Assembly: GCA_964016885.1 (NCBI GenBank)
Contig: OZ024740.1
Span: 44,268,001 to 44,332,000 of the forward strand
Direction of reading: 5' to 3'
Length of the DNA: 64,000 nucleotides
From: Eledone cirrhosa
Lineage: Eukaryota
Of this stretch, positions 14,513-28,543 are shown piece by piece. Position 1 is the first letter of the stretch, and each line of letters begins with the position of its first letter. A program made the position numbers and the translations under genes. The notes beneath the pieces are model-generated. The model was given only the letters and a program-made list of their open reading frames with translations. It had not been told where the DNA came from and made no database searches.

Positions 14513-15161
14513 GAATAATAGCGATAGAGGATATAAAAGGATGAAAACAGATAGGGATATAGGAATAAATAAAAGGATGTTAAGAACAATTACCTTTAGA
14601 GAATCAGAGAGAAATACAATACATAATCAAATTACAAGTAGAAAAACAAGGTTATACAATAGCGAATCAAATGTATAATGGAAAGAGTAGATAAATGATA
14701 ATGGAGACTAGCAAGAACGAATTAGTTACAAAATTGAGATATAGATTGACACAGAATATTTGTCGACCTGCATCATGCGGTATACATTTAGAAAAATTAA
14801 GTATGGAACATAATTGTTCTCTAAAGAAATTGTAATACGGAATAAAGCATACGATGTACGAGATGATATGCATGTAACGAAGAATGGTGTAGGTTACATT
14901 AGAAAATATAGAGATTTATCTATAATTCATAATGAAATAACATAGAATGAAATAAAAACAACACAGACAAATATTAAATAATAACCCAGTTGAAGATGTT
15001 CATGTCAGTTATTATAAAATAACTTGAAGAAAAAGAATAGAAGAGAATCATTGGATGGAGTAAGAGAAGCGGGGAATAAAGGAGGCAAGAAAAGAGGAAT
15101 TATTTCGAAATGAAGTTAGGACAGAAATCGTTATAAAATTAGGGAACAACTAGGATATGCG

Positions 15162-15206
<45 letters not shown>

Positions 15207-15257
15207 ATAATTAAATGACAGGAGGCTGGATTTGTGTAAATCCTTAAAAGGTTTATT

Positions 15258-15315
15258 ATACTATGATCATTTCAATGATCGGGTTCCGTATGAATCCGGT
15301 GATATCATCAGGTAT
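15258..15315 (-). ncRNA. Minimal type-I hammerhead ribozyme motif
   Basis: Minus strand: atac-CTGATGA-(29 nt)-GAA-ATGATCAT-A/gtat. Stem I atac/gtat, palindromic stem III, NUH triplet AUA; stem II pairing is imperfect. Confidence 0.65.
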
Positions 15316-15392
15316 TCGAAATATAATACGTGAATGTAATAGATAAAATCTATGGGGCTGAAAATCGAGGACCCGATATATATATATATATA

Positions 15393-15609
15393 TAGATGAG
15401 ATTCTACATGACTAGAACTGTTTCATTCTTTAGAAATCATCAGGAATCTGGGTATCAAAATATTTTTGATACCCAGATTCCTGATGATTTCTAAAGAATG
15501 AAACAGTTCTAGTCCTGTAGAATCTCATCTATATTAAAACTGTTATACTCTGAAATGTATTGAGTACCTTACTTACTGTGGTTACCTCCGATTCAACCCG
15601 GAATAACGT
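15393..15609. mobile_element. Fold-back mini-element family A with hammerhead core
   Basis: Near-perfect palindrome 15393-15531. + strand reads agattc-CTGATGA-tttctaaagaat-GAAAC-agttcta-GTC-ctgta-gaatct. Its tail matches the reverse complement of 3865-3915. Confidence 0.78.
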
Positions 15610-15832
15610 ATATATATATATATATATATTGTGAGAAAAACTACTAACCCTCGATCTCAATTCTACTTTTGAAAAGCAGAAGAACTGTGAAACCGGTAAA
15701 GGAACCAAATAAATATATTTTTAAAAAATAAGACTCCAGTTGCATTTTCGATATCATCTTTTTTCGTTATACTTTCACTCGTGTAGGACACCTCGTTTTT
15801 TTTTTCATTTTGTAAAAAAACCTTACTTTCTA

Positions 15833-15977
<145 letters not shown>

Positions 15978-16081
15978 AAGAGAGTGAGAGAAAGATACAG
16001 CGTGAGAGAGAGAGCAAGAGAGTGAGAGAAAGATACAGAGAGATAGTGTGAGAGAGAAATGTGTATAGGGAAATATCATAC

Positions 16082-16530
16082 GTTTATATACAATAAACAT
16101 ATGGGTAGCCTTGCTGCCGAAGAAAAATATTTTTTCGTAACAAAACGAAATATATTTTATTTTTCTCTGTTTTCCTCTAAATTAGAGGTGCCAGTAGATT
16201 CTGCGAATGTCAGACAGCTTTGTTTCAAGGTTTGTTAATCATACATCAGTGACATTCATTCAAAACGTACTAGCAAATGACCAACCCCAGCAAGTGATCA
16301 TCACGCAAAATTCTGTGTAGTCTTTTTCATGCACGTGCGTTTAGAGTGAGTGTTACTGAGGAAATATTTAAAAATCTTGAAACAGCATTGTCTGACATTC
16401 TCATAACATAATAGCAGCTATGATATATTAATAAAGGAAAATAGAAAAAATATATATATATTCTTGTTTCGTTACGAATTGGTAGTTTTCTTCGGCAGCG
16501 AGGTCACCCATAGCTTTATAGTATATAAAC
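16082..16530. mobile_element. Degenerate MITE-like element with ~95-bp imperfect terminal inverted repeats
   Basis: TATGGGTAGCCTTGCTGCCGAAGAAAA... at left versus ...TTTTCTTCGGCAGCGAGGTCACCCATA at right. Confidence 0.55.
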
Positions 16531-16594
16531 ATATTATACATGTTTATATTTGTTTATATATACACCTCTATTATGCTTAATCGTCGTCTTAGTG

Positions 16595-17789
<1,195 letters not shown>

Positions 17790-17851
17790 TATTATAAATA
17801 TATATATATATATATATACAGATATTATAAATATATATAATATATATTACA

Positions 17852-17890
<39 letters not shown>

Positions 17891-17897
<7 letters not shown>

Positions 17898-18492
17898 TAA
17901 CAGATTAAAGTTTAAGCAAAGAATCGCTGCTTTCACCCTTAACGGGATCTTCTGAAACTAACAAAGTCAATCTGTAAACGCAGAAGTGGATATTTCAAAC
18001 AACGTTGCAACCGGAGGAAGACAAGAAGACGATACTTTGGTTCGTGGAAACGTTCCCTGGCAAAGAACGGGAAAAAACGAATATAATACGTCATTAATAG
18101 GAGCGGTGAAAAACAATTACGCGCAAAGACAGAACCACGTTTATGGTATAAAAGAAGTCGTAGACTAATGTTCGTTCTCTTTGGTGGTTCATAGAGACGT
18201 TCTCTGGCAATGAACGGAAAAAACGAAGATAATACGTCATATGTGGAGCGTAGAGAACAATTGCACGCAAAGACAAAACCACGTAAAGTAGAAACAATTA
18301 TATTCGTTTTTTCCCGTTCTTTGCCAGGGAACGTTTCCACGAACCAAAGTATCGTCTTCTTGTCTTCCTCCGGTTGCAACGTTTTTTGAAATATCCACTT
18401 CTGCGTTTACAGATTGATTTTGTTAGTTTCAGAAGATCCCGTTAAGGGTGAAAGCAGCGATTCTTTGCTTAAACTTTAATCTGTTATTTTAA
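17891..18492. repeat. Inverted repeat with ~195-bp arms and an internal direct duplication
   Basis: 17891-18086 is the near-exact reverse complement of 18297-18492. 18040-18140 is loosely repeated at 18186-18283. Confidence 0.9.
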
Positions 18493-18588
18493 TAAATATT
18501 TGCTCTACGGTTCTTATATATTTGATATATATTTATCCTTATCAAGCCCTCTTTGTATTTTAGTCTTCAATTTTTTTTATTATTACTA

Positions 18589-18633
<45 letters not shown>

Positions 18634-18684
18634 AATTGTTTTAAATATATATAATATATATTATATGTATATATATATATATAT

Positions 18685-20300
18685 ATTGTTATACTTGGGG
18701 ATGGTCATATTTGCGTAATATTGCCAGAATTAATAACAGAACACACTCACTGTTTGGTTGGTTTTCGCTTCTCGCTGTCTTTTATATCTGCGATCTAACT
18801 TACTCGGTCCTCAATGTTGCCATTGACTGACCGACGGTCAAAAATAATACAGATACAATATAGACACAAACACATATATATAGTTTACATAATTTACATA
18901 AATCTTTCGTTGCACATATGCAACATCGTCAGTGGTGTTATATTTTTTCCTCCTGTTGTGTTGTATGTCTACGCCATTTTTTTTATTCAGTCTGTCTATA
19001 TATTTATTTATTTATTTGCTTGTTTGTTTATTTTATTTTATTTTGTCTTCTTTGCGCATGCGTTTGCGTGTGTGTATAGTGTTATGTGTGCTGTGTGACT
19101 ACTGTGTATAGTGTTGTGTCTGCTGGGTGACTAGTGTGTGTTTATGTGCTTGTTGTTATTGTACTTGTGTATGTATTTATTTATCTTATTTTATATTATT
19201 TTTATTTTATTTTATTTATTTATTTATTTATTTACTTATTTATACTTCTCTAAGGTCAGTGTTGTTTGTTTGCGTGTTGTTGTTGTTCCACTCATTCTTT
19301 CTGTTTAGCTTTGGTCTTCTAATTTCTATTTCACTGGCCTCTCTGATTTGCCTATCTTCTGGGTCATTCCTATGTTTAGATATTATTCTAATTTCTATGT
19401 TGTCTATGTTACCGTCATGTTGTTGTCTAGCATGTTCTTATAGTACTGACCCGTTTTTTCGTCCTTTTAGTTCCCCCCAGTGTTGGTCTATCCTTTCACC
19501 GATGCTACGAGCTGTCTCACCTATGTATGTTGTTGTCATGTTTCTGCAAGTACCCTCTGTACATCTTATGCTATAGACTACGTTTCTAGTTTTACAGTTT
19601 ATCCGGGGGTTCACCTTACATATGATACATTTCCTATTGGTACAGTGGGTTTTCTTAAAAGGGTAGGTTTTGCTGATCAGGGATGTTATGGTGGTTCCTG
19701 GCTTTTCTACCACCTTTATTTTTAAGTGGGTCTTTCTCAGGGCCTTTCTACACTGGTTAGCTAATTTCCCTCCAGGGGTGGCGTCCACAAACATGACACT
19801 CTGATATCTCTGGTTGTCGTACCATGATGTGGCCTTCCCTATCTTATGTCTAGCCCTATCTAAGCTATTCCATGATTTGCTCCTGTATAGTGGGCAAATT
19901 CCTTTCATGTCCAGTTCTATGAGGGTCTTATACTTTTCCATGGCTCCTTCGTATACTCTGACTCTGTCTCTTTGGTTGTAGCCAGAGAACTGCATGCGGT
20001 TGATGAAGTGTTGGATGTGTCTTTCCATTTCTGTTGGGTCGCACTTGCTGGACACATTCTTCATCACTCGTACCAAATCTGCGATCAGAATATTAAACTT
20101 AGCACTACTGGACACTGCTGAGTTTTTGAGTATCAGGTATTTGGAGGCCATGGGTTTAGCATAGTGTGAGTGGAGAATTTGAGCTCTCTCGTCTATAGTG
20201 TTAATCCAGATTTCTGTGTCTAATACAGGTAGTCTATTGTTAGTCCCCAAGTATAACAATATCTGTTTCGACACACGATTTCATATAAAAAACCTCGCTA

Positions 20301-20305
<5 letters not shown>
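18685..20305 (-). mobile_element. 5'-truncated Penelope-like retroelement (C-terminal GIY-YIG type) with inverted terminal segment
   Basis: RT end/thumb (LPVLDTEIW, HYAKPMAS), Cys-rich linker CTNRKCIIC, GIY-YIG NVVYSIRC...YIGETARSIGERIDQH. After an in-frame TAA at 19438-19440 the frame continues EHARQQH...RQIREASEIEIRRPKLNRKNEW to a stop at 19240. TTGTTATACTTGGGGA is inverted at the two ends; (TA)n flanks. Confidence 0.92.
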
Positions 20306-20351
<46 letters not shown>

Positions 20352-20587
20352 TATTATAAATATATATAATATATATTACATATATATATTTATATATATA
20401 TATATGAGATGTGAGAAAAACCACAGACGCTCCATCTCAACACTACTTTTGAAAAGCAGAAGAACAGCGAAACCGGTAAAGGAACCAAATAAATATATAT
20501 ATATTTTTTAAAATAAGACTTCAATTGCATTTTCGATTTCATCTTTTTTTCTTTATATATATATATATATATATATAAACAAATAGT

Positions 20588-21202
20588 AGAAAGGAAAAAG
20601 ATTTTTTCAGTGAAATATCAAAACATTAATTTATTTACAACAAAGGATTGGCAGTATCAGTAGAGGGTCGGTCGCCATGCTTTCCAGCATAGTTACGTCC
20701 CTTTACGATCTGAGTTCAAATCCCGCCGAGGTTGACATTGCCTTTCATCATTACGGGGTCGATAAAATAAAGTACCTGTAATGCACTGGATAATTGCTGG
20801 CCTTGTGCCTAAAGTAGAAACAATTAATTTATTTACAATACCGGTTTCAGCATTATATGCATTATCAATTGCGTATATGTAGAATATGTTAAGTTGCATA
20901 TTTGTACAAATAGTGACAATAATAATAACAATGAAAATAAAAAGGGGAAGAAAAATTAATTTTCACATACATGTTCATTCAGACAAATTAACCTTCTTCT
21001 CTGAATGAACATGTATGGGAAAATTAATAATTATTCTTCCCCTTTCTATTTTCATTGTTATTATTATTGTCACTATTTGTACAAATATGCAACTTAACAA
21101 TATTCTGCATATCCGCAATTGATAATGCATATAATGCTGAAACTGGTATTGTAAATAAATTAATGTTTTGATATTTCACTGAAAAAATCTTTTTCCTTTC
21201 TA
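20588..21202. mobile_element. Fold-back element family E with U3-A8 hammerhead-like core; left arm interrupted by a SINE
   Basis: Arms 20588-20640 plus 20839-20983 versus 21000-21202. Core gcaa-TTGATAA-tGCATataATGCt-GAAA-C(C/T)GG-TA-ttgt at 21115-21152 (+) and 20835-20872 (-). Confidence 0.78.
20641..20822 (+). mobile_element. S1 SINE with 16-bp target-site duplication
   Basis: ATTAATTTATTTACAA at 20625-20640 and 20823-20838. The opposite IR arm shows the empty site. Confidence 0.92.
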
Positions 21203-22069
21203 ATATTTGTTTTTATATACATCAACTCGTGTGTTACCTTTCTACGTTCCATATATATATATATATATATACAGACACATATATAAATATATATAATATG
21301 TATTATATATAAATATATATATGCGTGTGTGTGTGTGACAAACTGACTTCTATGAATAGTACCCAAAAGTCAGGTAGCTGTATTAAACTGGGCGACGGTT
21401 TAAGACTACTAAACAAGATGAAGAACAGTCCCTCTGAAGGGCTTCTGCACAAATTGCATTCAGTATATTTCACACACATAAAATATGATAAAATGTACTT
21501 GCTCAACGTAACTCACAGTGAGAATTAACGCAAATCTACATACCTACAAATCAAAGTATTTCACCAAAGAATAATGAATGCCTTCCATAAATAAGTTTCT
21601 TACATAAGACATCTTTTTATCTAACATCAACTTTTTACTTTTTAAATTCAACATTTCTTTTATTGAATTATTTCAAGAATGTGTCAATAATCTTCGAATT
21701 TTATATTATTTTGTCACTTTTCTTAACCAATTGCAAAATAATAGGAGACTCTCTATCGCAATTATTCTTTGGATATATATAAATATATATATATATAAAG
21801 CAACGATATTTTCATTTTCTATTAACTTAGGTAGTTGCCATGACAGCCGACTTCTCGCCAAACATCAATATTGAAATATATTTATATTTCCCGCAGATCT
21901 ATATTTTCATGTCGTCTCTATTATGTCTAGACTATACTTACAAGGACAGTAAAATTATTTACTCTCCGTTTTTAAACTATATTTAGAGCATCTTAAAATT
22001 ACACTTATTATGTGTACTTTACAAGAAGTAGGTGTAAAAGCGAAAACACGATGTCTTCATTTCGGTGCC

Positions 22070-22350
22070 CGTGCCCACCCTTACCTATAATCATGAATCT
22101 TGGTTGAAAGAATACGTTTGGCCGAAATAGAGGTCCTCTGAAACTTATCTGGAATTACGTTAGTCGAACGGGTGAGCAACTTGGAGACGCTCCAATTAGA
22201 GGTGCTCCCTCTCCGTATCGAGAGATCCCAGCTTCTGTACTACGGAAATGTGTTTAGATTGTCTAAGGAAAGAATTGCTGGACAGATGATTTTATGGGCA
22301 AATACAACCAGCAGGAGACCAAGGGCAAGCTAGTTGTATAAAATCCTTAA
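22070..22350 (+). mobile_element. Degenerate RTE LINE 3' fragment
   Basis: AEIEVL*NLSGITLVERVSN...LRIERSQLLYYGNVFRL...RRPR resembles the RTE C-terminus. Similar fragments at ~34260-34420 (+) and ~39030-39400 (-). Confidence 0.7.
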
Positions 22351-23499
22351 ACTCAGTGAGTCTCGCTTGGTGTGAGGATAACCTTTTCCATTCATCCCGT
22401 CATTCTCGGACGTCCTGTAAAAGGTCATCATCAATACTCATCCCCTTAACCAAACCATAGATAGCTAAACAAAAAATTCCTAATCTAATTAGATTTTATT
22501 TCTAAATCTGAATGGAAAATATTCATGTTTGATATTACATAAAATATGTACATAAATTGTGGTTTCTAATTTGGACACAAAACCAGCAGTTTTAAGGAGA
22601 GGGGAAAATCAATTAAATCGACCAGTAATTGACTTGTACTTAATTATATTGACCTCAAAAGAATGAAAGGTAATGTTGACAACATCCAAATTTGAACACA
22701 GAATATAAAGAGCCAAAACTAAATACTGCAAAGAAACTTTGACCGGAGCTTTAATGATTCTGCCAATACACAGATTTGAAATATATTTAAATTACGACAG
22801 GTTAAACTCTTCGATTTATATTATACTGCTTTTAATATACTTCAATCTATTTCTGCAATATGGTTGTACGGATATATTTCAGTAGAAAATAGATGTTCAT
22901 ATGTTAAGATTTTATTAAAATTTAATATGAAAGTTATATGATATGGCATGCCACTTCCTGCAAGAAGTGACCAAAGCAGATAACGAATACGGACACAGTT
23001 TGATTTGGTCTAGTACGCACGGTAACAGAATATTATATATGAATTCAAATATTTGAATATGAAATATATTTAATGAAATTATTTGAATATTTGTCTTTTG
23101 TTGTTTATGTTGTTGTTTTCAAACCCAGCTCTTACAAATGTTGTATCTTATAAGAGTTTTCGGTTATTTTAATGATAGAGATTCAGTTCCATCATAGAAA
23201 GAATCTTTCTAGACCGGATATCAATCTATTGTAGAGGCCAACCCCTAACTGTTACTAATACTGATACACAACTGAGTGGACAGGAACAACATAGAAATGA
23301 AGCGTTTTGCTCAATGACGCAATGGGTCGCATAATTCACGAATCAACCCTACGACTTTATGATAGTTGGTCAACACTCTAACCAGTAGATCACACGCATC
23401 CGCATTTTATAAAATTGAAGTGTTTTATATCCCGCATAATAAACGATATATTAAGTTGAATAAAATATATAATTAAATATCATTTATACCTCATTTCAG

Positions 23500-24026
23500 G
23501 ATCTTCCCCAAAACTGAGAGACTATGGACGAAAACTATGTGCTGAAGAATGGGCGAGGTTCACTGGCCGTTATGACTGTGCTGAAGCTATTGCTAAATTT
23601 ACTAAAGCTAAACGATTTGTTCTGAGATCACGATTTCAAAATACTAGAAACAAAAGCTGTAGTGAACCGGATCTGTCTTGTCAAGGTACCACAGAAAACG
23701 GTGACAGTCACAGTAAACATTTAGACAGCAATTCCGAACACCGGAGCAGACCGAGCTGGTTCCGTAAGAAGTTTAAGAAGCTGTTACATATTCAACATGA
23801 TATGTTTTCTCGACATATTGGTTCAGAAATGGAATTAGGTGGAAGTCCTTTTCAGATGATAGCCAGATGTGTATCAACACCTCTAATTCCAGGTGCCATT
23901 TCACCGTCCAACTCACCACCTTCTGTACGAAAATCTATTGGTTCGGAAGGGATAAAGATTCCCCGAGTTGAAGTGACAACGGCAGATACAAACGTTTCAA
24001 AACAGACGACGGAAAATCCTCCTTAA
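23500..24026 (+). CDS. ANKRD33B-like ankyrin-repeat protein, terminal coding exon
   Basis: TTTCAG acceptor ending 23499. Phase-1 join gives G-SSPKLRDYGRKLCAEEWARFTGRYDCAEAIAKF (completes the ankyrin repeat). Open to TAA at 24024-24026 and includes supplied ORF 23802-24026. Confidence 0.88.
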
Positions 24027-25937
24027 ATTCTAAAACCAATATTGAAAGAACAAAGCCCAATCAACGGACCAAAGATAATATCTATCTCAAAATATTTCCG
24101 AAAATACCAAATGTATTCCTTATGAAAATAACAAACTGAAATCACAAGGATGTCTATAACTATATGGTTTATAAATGTTATCACAAACACTCTCACACAT
24201 GAATATATTTTTTTTTTAAATACTTTCGACAAATTATCGTACAAATGATTGTAATATGGTTCCAAATAATACTTGTTCTCTGCTACTAGAGAATGAAGCT
24301 ATTTTCGTAATATTTCAATTTTTAATCCCATTTGTCTGGTTCTGATCATGATAAATTCTGTTCGCCCTCCTTCACTACATATTGCCTTATAGGGAAATTG
24401 ATATTTACTGAATTGTAATATTATTTATTCGCTTGGACTATGTCAGTCAAATAGTTCAACAAAACATCAGAAGGTTTTTAAAGCAGACAGATTTTACAAA
24501 TTAATTGCAACTATTTTCTAAAATAAATATTCACCTTTACAGATCTAGATTTCTAGCATTGAATCTGAAAGTAATTTTTTAAATTTTAATCAGATCCAGT
24601 CACAAAAATCTGATAAATTTTTATTGAGAAATTAAAGAAAATACGCATTTTCGGTCATGACACACCATAGGTTTGCACTTTGACTGTACCTCTCCGAAAT
24701 GCAAACCAAAGTAAGGTATGCTATGGAAGACTAGCAGACTTTGAAGCATACCAGTCTTTCCTTTTCACGCCACCGATGTTGTTCAGGGGAAAAGCATAGG
24801 CTGATACAGCTTTACAGCGGCTTAATGAACTGTATTACTTAAGCAGCGCCCGGTCCGGAAATCGTACTCACAACCTTATGATTTTTTTAATCCAACACCT
24901 AAACCACTAAACCAAGCATCTTCAACGTGTCAATATATTAATTCTCATTACGCCTATTCTGCACTCCTCTTTCTATTCTTAATACTAATCATTTTATATT
25001 AATAATACTCTTGAGAAAAGGATATACAGTTACACCTAGTTTCATTCCCGTTAAATCATTAAGAAGGCAGCAAAACACCATTTCACTATATTTGTTCCAC
25101 ATAAATCGTAGAGTTATAGCAACTATGTGTGAACAGAATTATAATGAAAATGCTCCGACATATCAAATTATGTCTTCCTTGGCATTATGAGAGAAAGTAC
25201 TCTGTGCTACAACATAGTCCTTTAACATTGTTATTAAGAGTAAAGAAATTATCTGATATTTTTAAAATAAAAAGAAATTACATTGAACAAAACGCTAGAG
25301 GTGGTTTGAAACAATTTACTTAATTTCAAATCTCACTTTTGGTGTTTCCTAGTAAGAGAATTATGATCTCTGGCCCTAAGATATATTAAAGTTGATTTCA
25401 AAAATATTATAACTAAACATCCAACCTTAAAATAAACAGAAGCATGAAGCCAGCTCTAGGCACATAATTTTGTTTCCGCTACTTTCTAAATCGTTTTGAA
25501 AATAGTTACTACAAATCATAAACGGGAAAATCAAAATTTACCAAATACCGCTTAAGAACACATTTAATTAAATCTATTAAATAGTCTCATCATCTGAAAT
25601 TCTTCCTTAGAAAGGTAATATATTTGTCAAACGAATATTCCATATTTTCGTAAATATTTTTAATACCACTCAGGACGCACATGAGTTGGTACCCTTTTTG
25701 TGTCGTCAAAAGGAAAAGAAAGGAAAACCGAGGTAAACGTGTTTCCGAGAAAAGTTCATTAGCCATAAAAATCTATTCGAAAGTTTACTAAATGTACATC
25801 AGCATGACGTCAGAATATCAAATGCATTTTGAATTTTCTTGTTTATCGTTAAGCTATTGCAGCAACTAGATCTTACTTTAGATGGGGAAGGTGGGATGTT
25901 TATTACTCTACAGTGGCTACCAGTCCAAGATATATAT

Positions 25938-26250
25938 ATCAACTAACAAAATAGTCTTGTGCATTTGTCCGTCACACACTAGAGATGACTGAGGAAGGAA
26001 GGGGTGATTACGTTGACAGAGGAAGGAAGGGGTGTCTATTACACAAACATCTATCTGACGACTGAAGAGGGAGGAGAAACTATAGAAGTCCAGCGTTCTA
26101 AGATTCATCACAGCTGTGTGTTTGTATGTTTGTATCACTTGTGTGAGTGAGCGCGAAGGAACAAAACAACCAACCAACAAACATCTCTTTTTTATATTAT
26201 GTATAGATATTACAATTAGCCGTCATGTTTGACGACACGGGGCCAGCTAG
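25938..26250 (+). mobile_element. Non-autonomous Helitron-like remnant
   Basis: Ends CCGT...ACGG-ggccag-CTAG|T at 26220-26251 (subterminal hairpin + CTAG). A TCTATACATAATATAAAA Helitron-like 5' motif lies on the minus strand at ~26208. Confidence 0.45.
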
Positions 26251-26251
26251 T

Positions 26252-26294
<43 letters not shown>

Positions 26295-26463
26295 AAAATA
26301 GTCGGGACCCCGGCGGCAGAGCTCAAGCCGTTCCGACGGCTATTTCTGGACTGAAATAGCCGTCCAGGGTCCCGACTCTTTTCCTATTACCCACTCTGCT
26401 ACCCAAAGTATCGAGTACTCTGGTGCGTTATGGTCCACCTGGTTCCTTACCACACTTCCTTCG

Positions 26464-26496
<33 letters not shown>

Positions 26497-26842
26497 ACTG
26501 TATAACTCCTGGAACTAGAGTTTTAGTGCTTTGTCTCTTCTTATAGCCCCTCTTTGAGGCAATCGACTTTATGTAACAGCAGTAAGGTTCTGCAGCTAAT
26601 TTAATAATTTGCGGTGATCATAGTTATGAACAATAGTCCAAATGATTGAGAACAAATCTCCTCCACATAACAATCAACGCTTTCTAGTTTCGTTCTTAAC
26701 GATCTCAGTATTGATCCGGTCGTTTTCATATTGTAGCCATCTTAATAATGTGCACCTGAAACGATTGATCGTTACATATATTGATCTAAGGTAATGCACT
26801 GATTATCACTCAGATTACAATTTACAATTCCACCTGATCCTG

Positions 26843-26907
<65 letters not shown>

Positions 26908-26978
26908 TTATATATATATAAACATGTACATATATATATATATAATCATGTACATATATATATATAAACATACACACT

Positions 26979-27020
<42 letters not shown>

Positions 27021-27065
27021 CATATATGCATATATGTACATATATATACATATATGCATATATGT

Positions 27066-27100
<35 letters not shown>

Positions 27101-27109
27101 CAGGTTTCA

Positions 27110-27510
27110 GTGTGTCAGCCGTTATGGATTGATAGTGTATGGAGGTGTAAGTTCGAATTTTCCAACATTAAATTGCGTGTTGTTCTCTTCATCCCACGTA
27201 TATTACATCTAGGTTTCGTTATAGGCACGTGGTGTCATTAATGTCCTTCATTGCCTCTGCTACTTTCGAATCATCAGCATAGCTTGTGAGCGTGGCTACA
27301 ACTGCGCTCATGTCTGATAGAGCCACAAGATAGTTCTCTGAGGGTCTCCATACGCTATTAACGTTTCAATTGAGATGATAACATTGACCATACCTGCCTG
27401 ACTTGTTTCGCCTTATGAAGTCATGCAGCCACTCCCCAACTGTTGCGACCTCTTGTGCTATATCATTCTGCGATCAACTTTATTAACGGCCTTTGCAATG
27501 TCGATATAAT
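27110..27510 (-). mobile_element. Degenerate CR1/L2-type RT fragment
   Basis: Minus strand YIDIAKAVNKVD (~27500) and LTSYADDSKV (~27280). Confidence 0.65.
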
Positions 27511-27630
27511 TTATATATATATATATATATATACATGCAGAAGTTATATTTAATTTGTTGAGATTCAACAAAGTTAAAAATGTTATAACTGATATAAAGC
27601 ACTCAACAGCTTACTGTAGTAAATATTCAA

Positions 27631-27972
27631 TATATTAATAAATGGAAACTATATTTATAAAACCATAATTATTTTATTATATATATTTCAAGGGCAACCA
27701 AGGCAGTTTTTGTGCGCGCGCTTTCATCGGATAAAATACAAAATTTGTTTTATAAATGTTGACATACTCGTAGAAAAACAACCTTGACGGTTGAAGGTTC
27801 GCTCGATAGTCAGCGAACCTTCAACCGTCAAGGTTGTTTTTCTACGAGTATGTCAACATTTATAAAACAAATTTTGTATTTTATCCGATGAAAGCGCACA
27901 AAAACTGCCTTGGTTGCCCTTGAAATATATATAATAAAATAATTATGGTTTTATAAATATAGTTTCCATTTA

Positions 27973-27980
<8 letters not shown>
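27631..27980. mobile_element. Fold-back element family H with hammerhead-like core
   Basis: Near-perfect ~170-bp arms with loop at ~27805. attttat-CCGATGA-aag...ctt-GAA-ATATATAT-A/ataaaat at 27878-27940. A diverged relative at 28030-28400 has CTGATGA. Confidence 0.75.
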
Positions 27981-28028
<48 letters not shown>

Positions 28029-28401
28029 ATATTAATAAAAGGAAACTATATTTATAAAACCATAAATATTTCTCTTTCTCTTGTTTTCTTATTTTCCTCT
28101 TAGGGTTTGTTCTTTTTTCTCTTTTTCTCTTTTTTCTCTTTTCTTTCCTTTTTTCCATACTTCAACGGCTTATTTTAAATCTACTGTGATTTAAACATAT
28201 GCGACACTAATTTTAATAACCGGGAGCTTCCAACAGAAATGGTCGCATTCTTTAAGGGTATGTCAATATTTATTTATAAAACCGATCTATATTATATTTT
28301 ATCTGATGAAAGCACACCATAATTTAACTTGGTGTCCTTGAAATATGTACAATGAAATAAATATGGTTTTATAAATATAGTTTCCATTTGTTAATATATC
28401 G

Positions 28402-28437
<36 letters not shown>

Positions 28438-28543
28438 CGTTGACAAATATATCAATATGTCTAGACATGTAGATATATTGCCCTTGGTATGACAGTGTGG
28501 TTTTAGCTCAATGTAGGATAACTAGTATACTACAGAGCTGTTA

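Noticed and set aside
26725-26790. GAAACGATTGATCGTT hairpin as a hammerhead
   Set aside because: Upstream core reads TTAATAA (invariant G5 lost) and stem II is poor.
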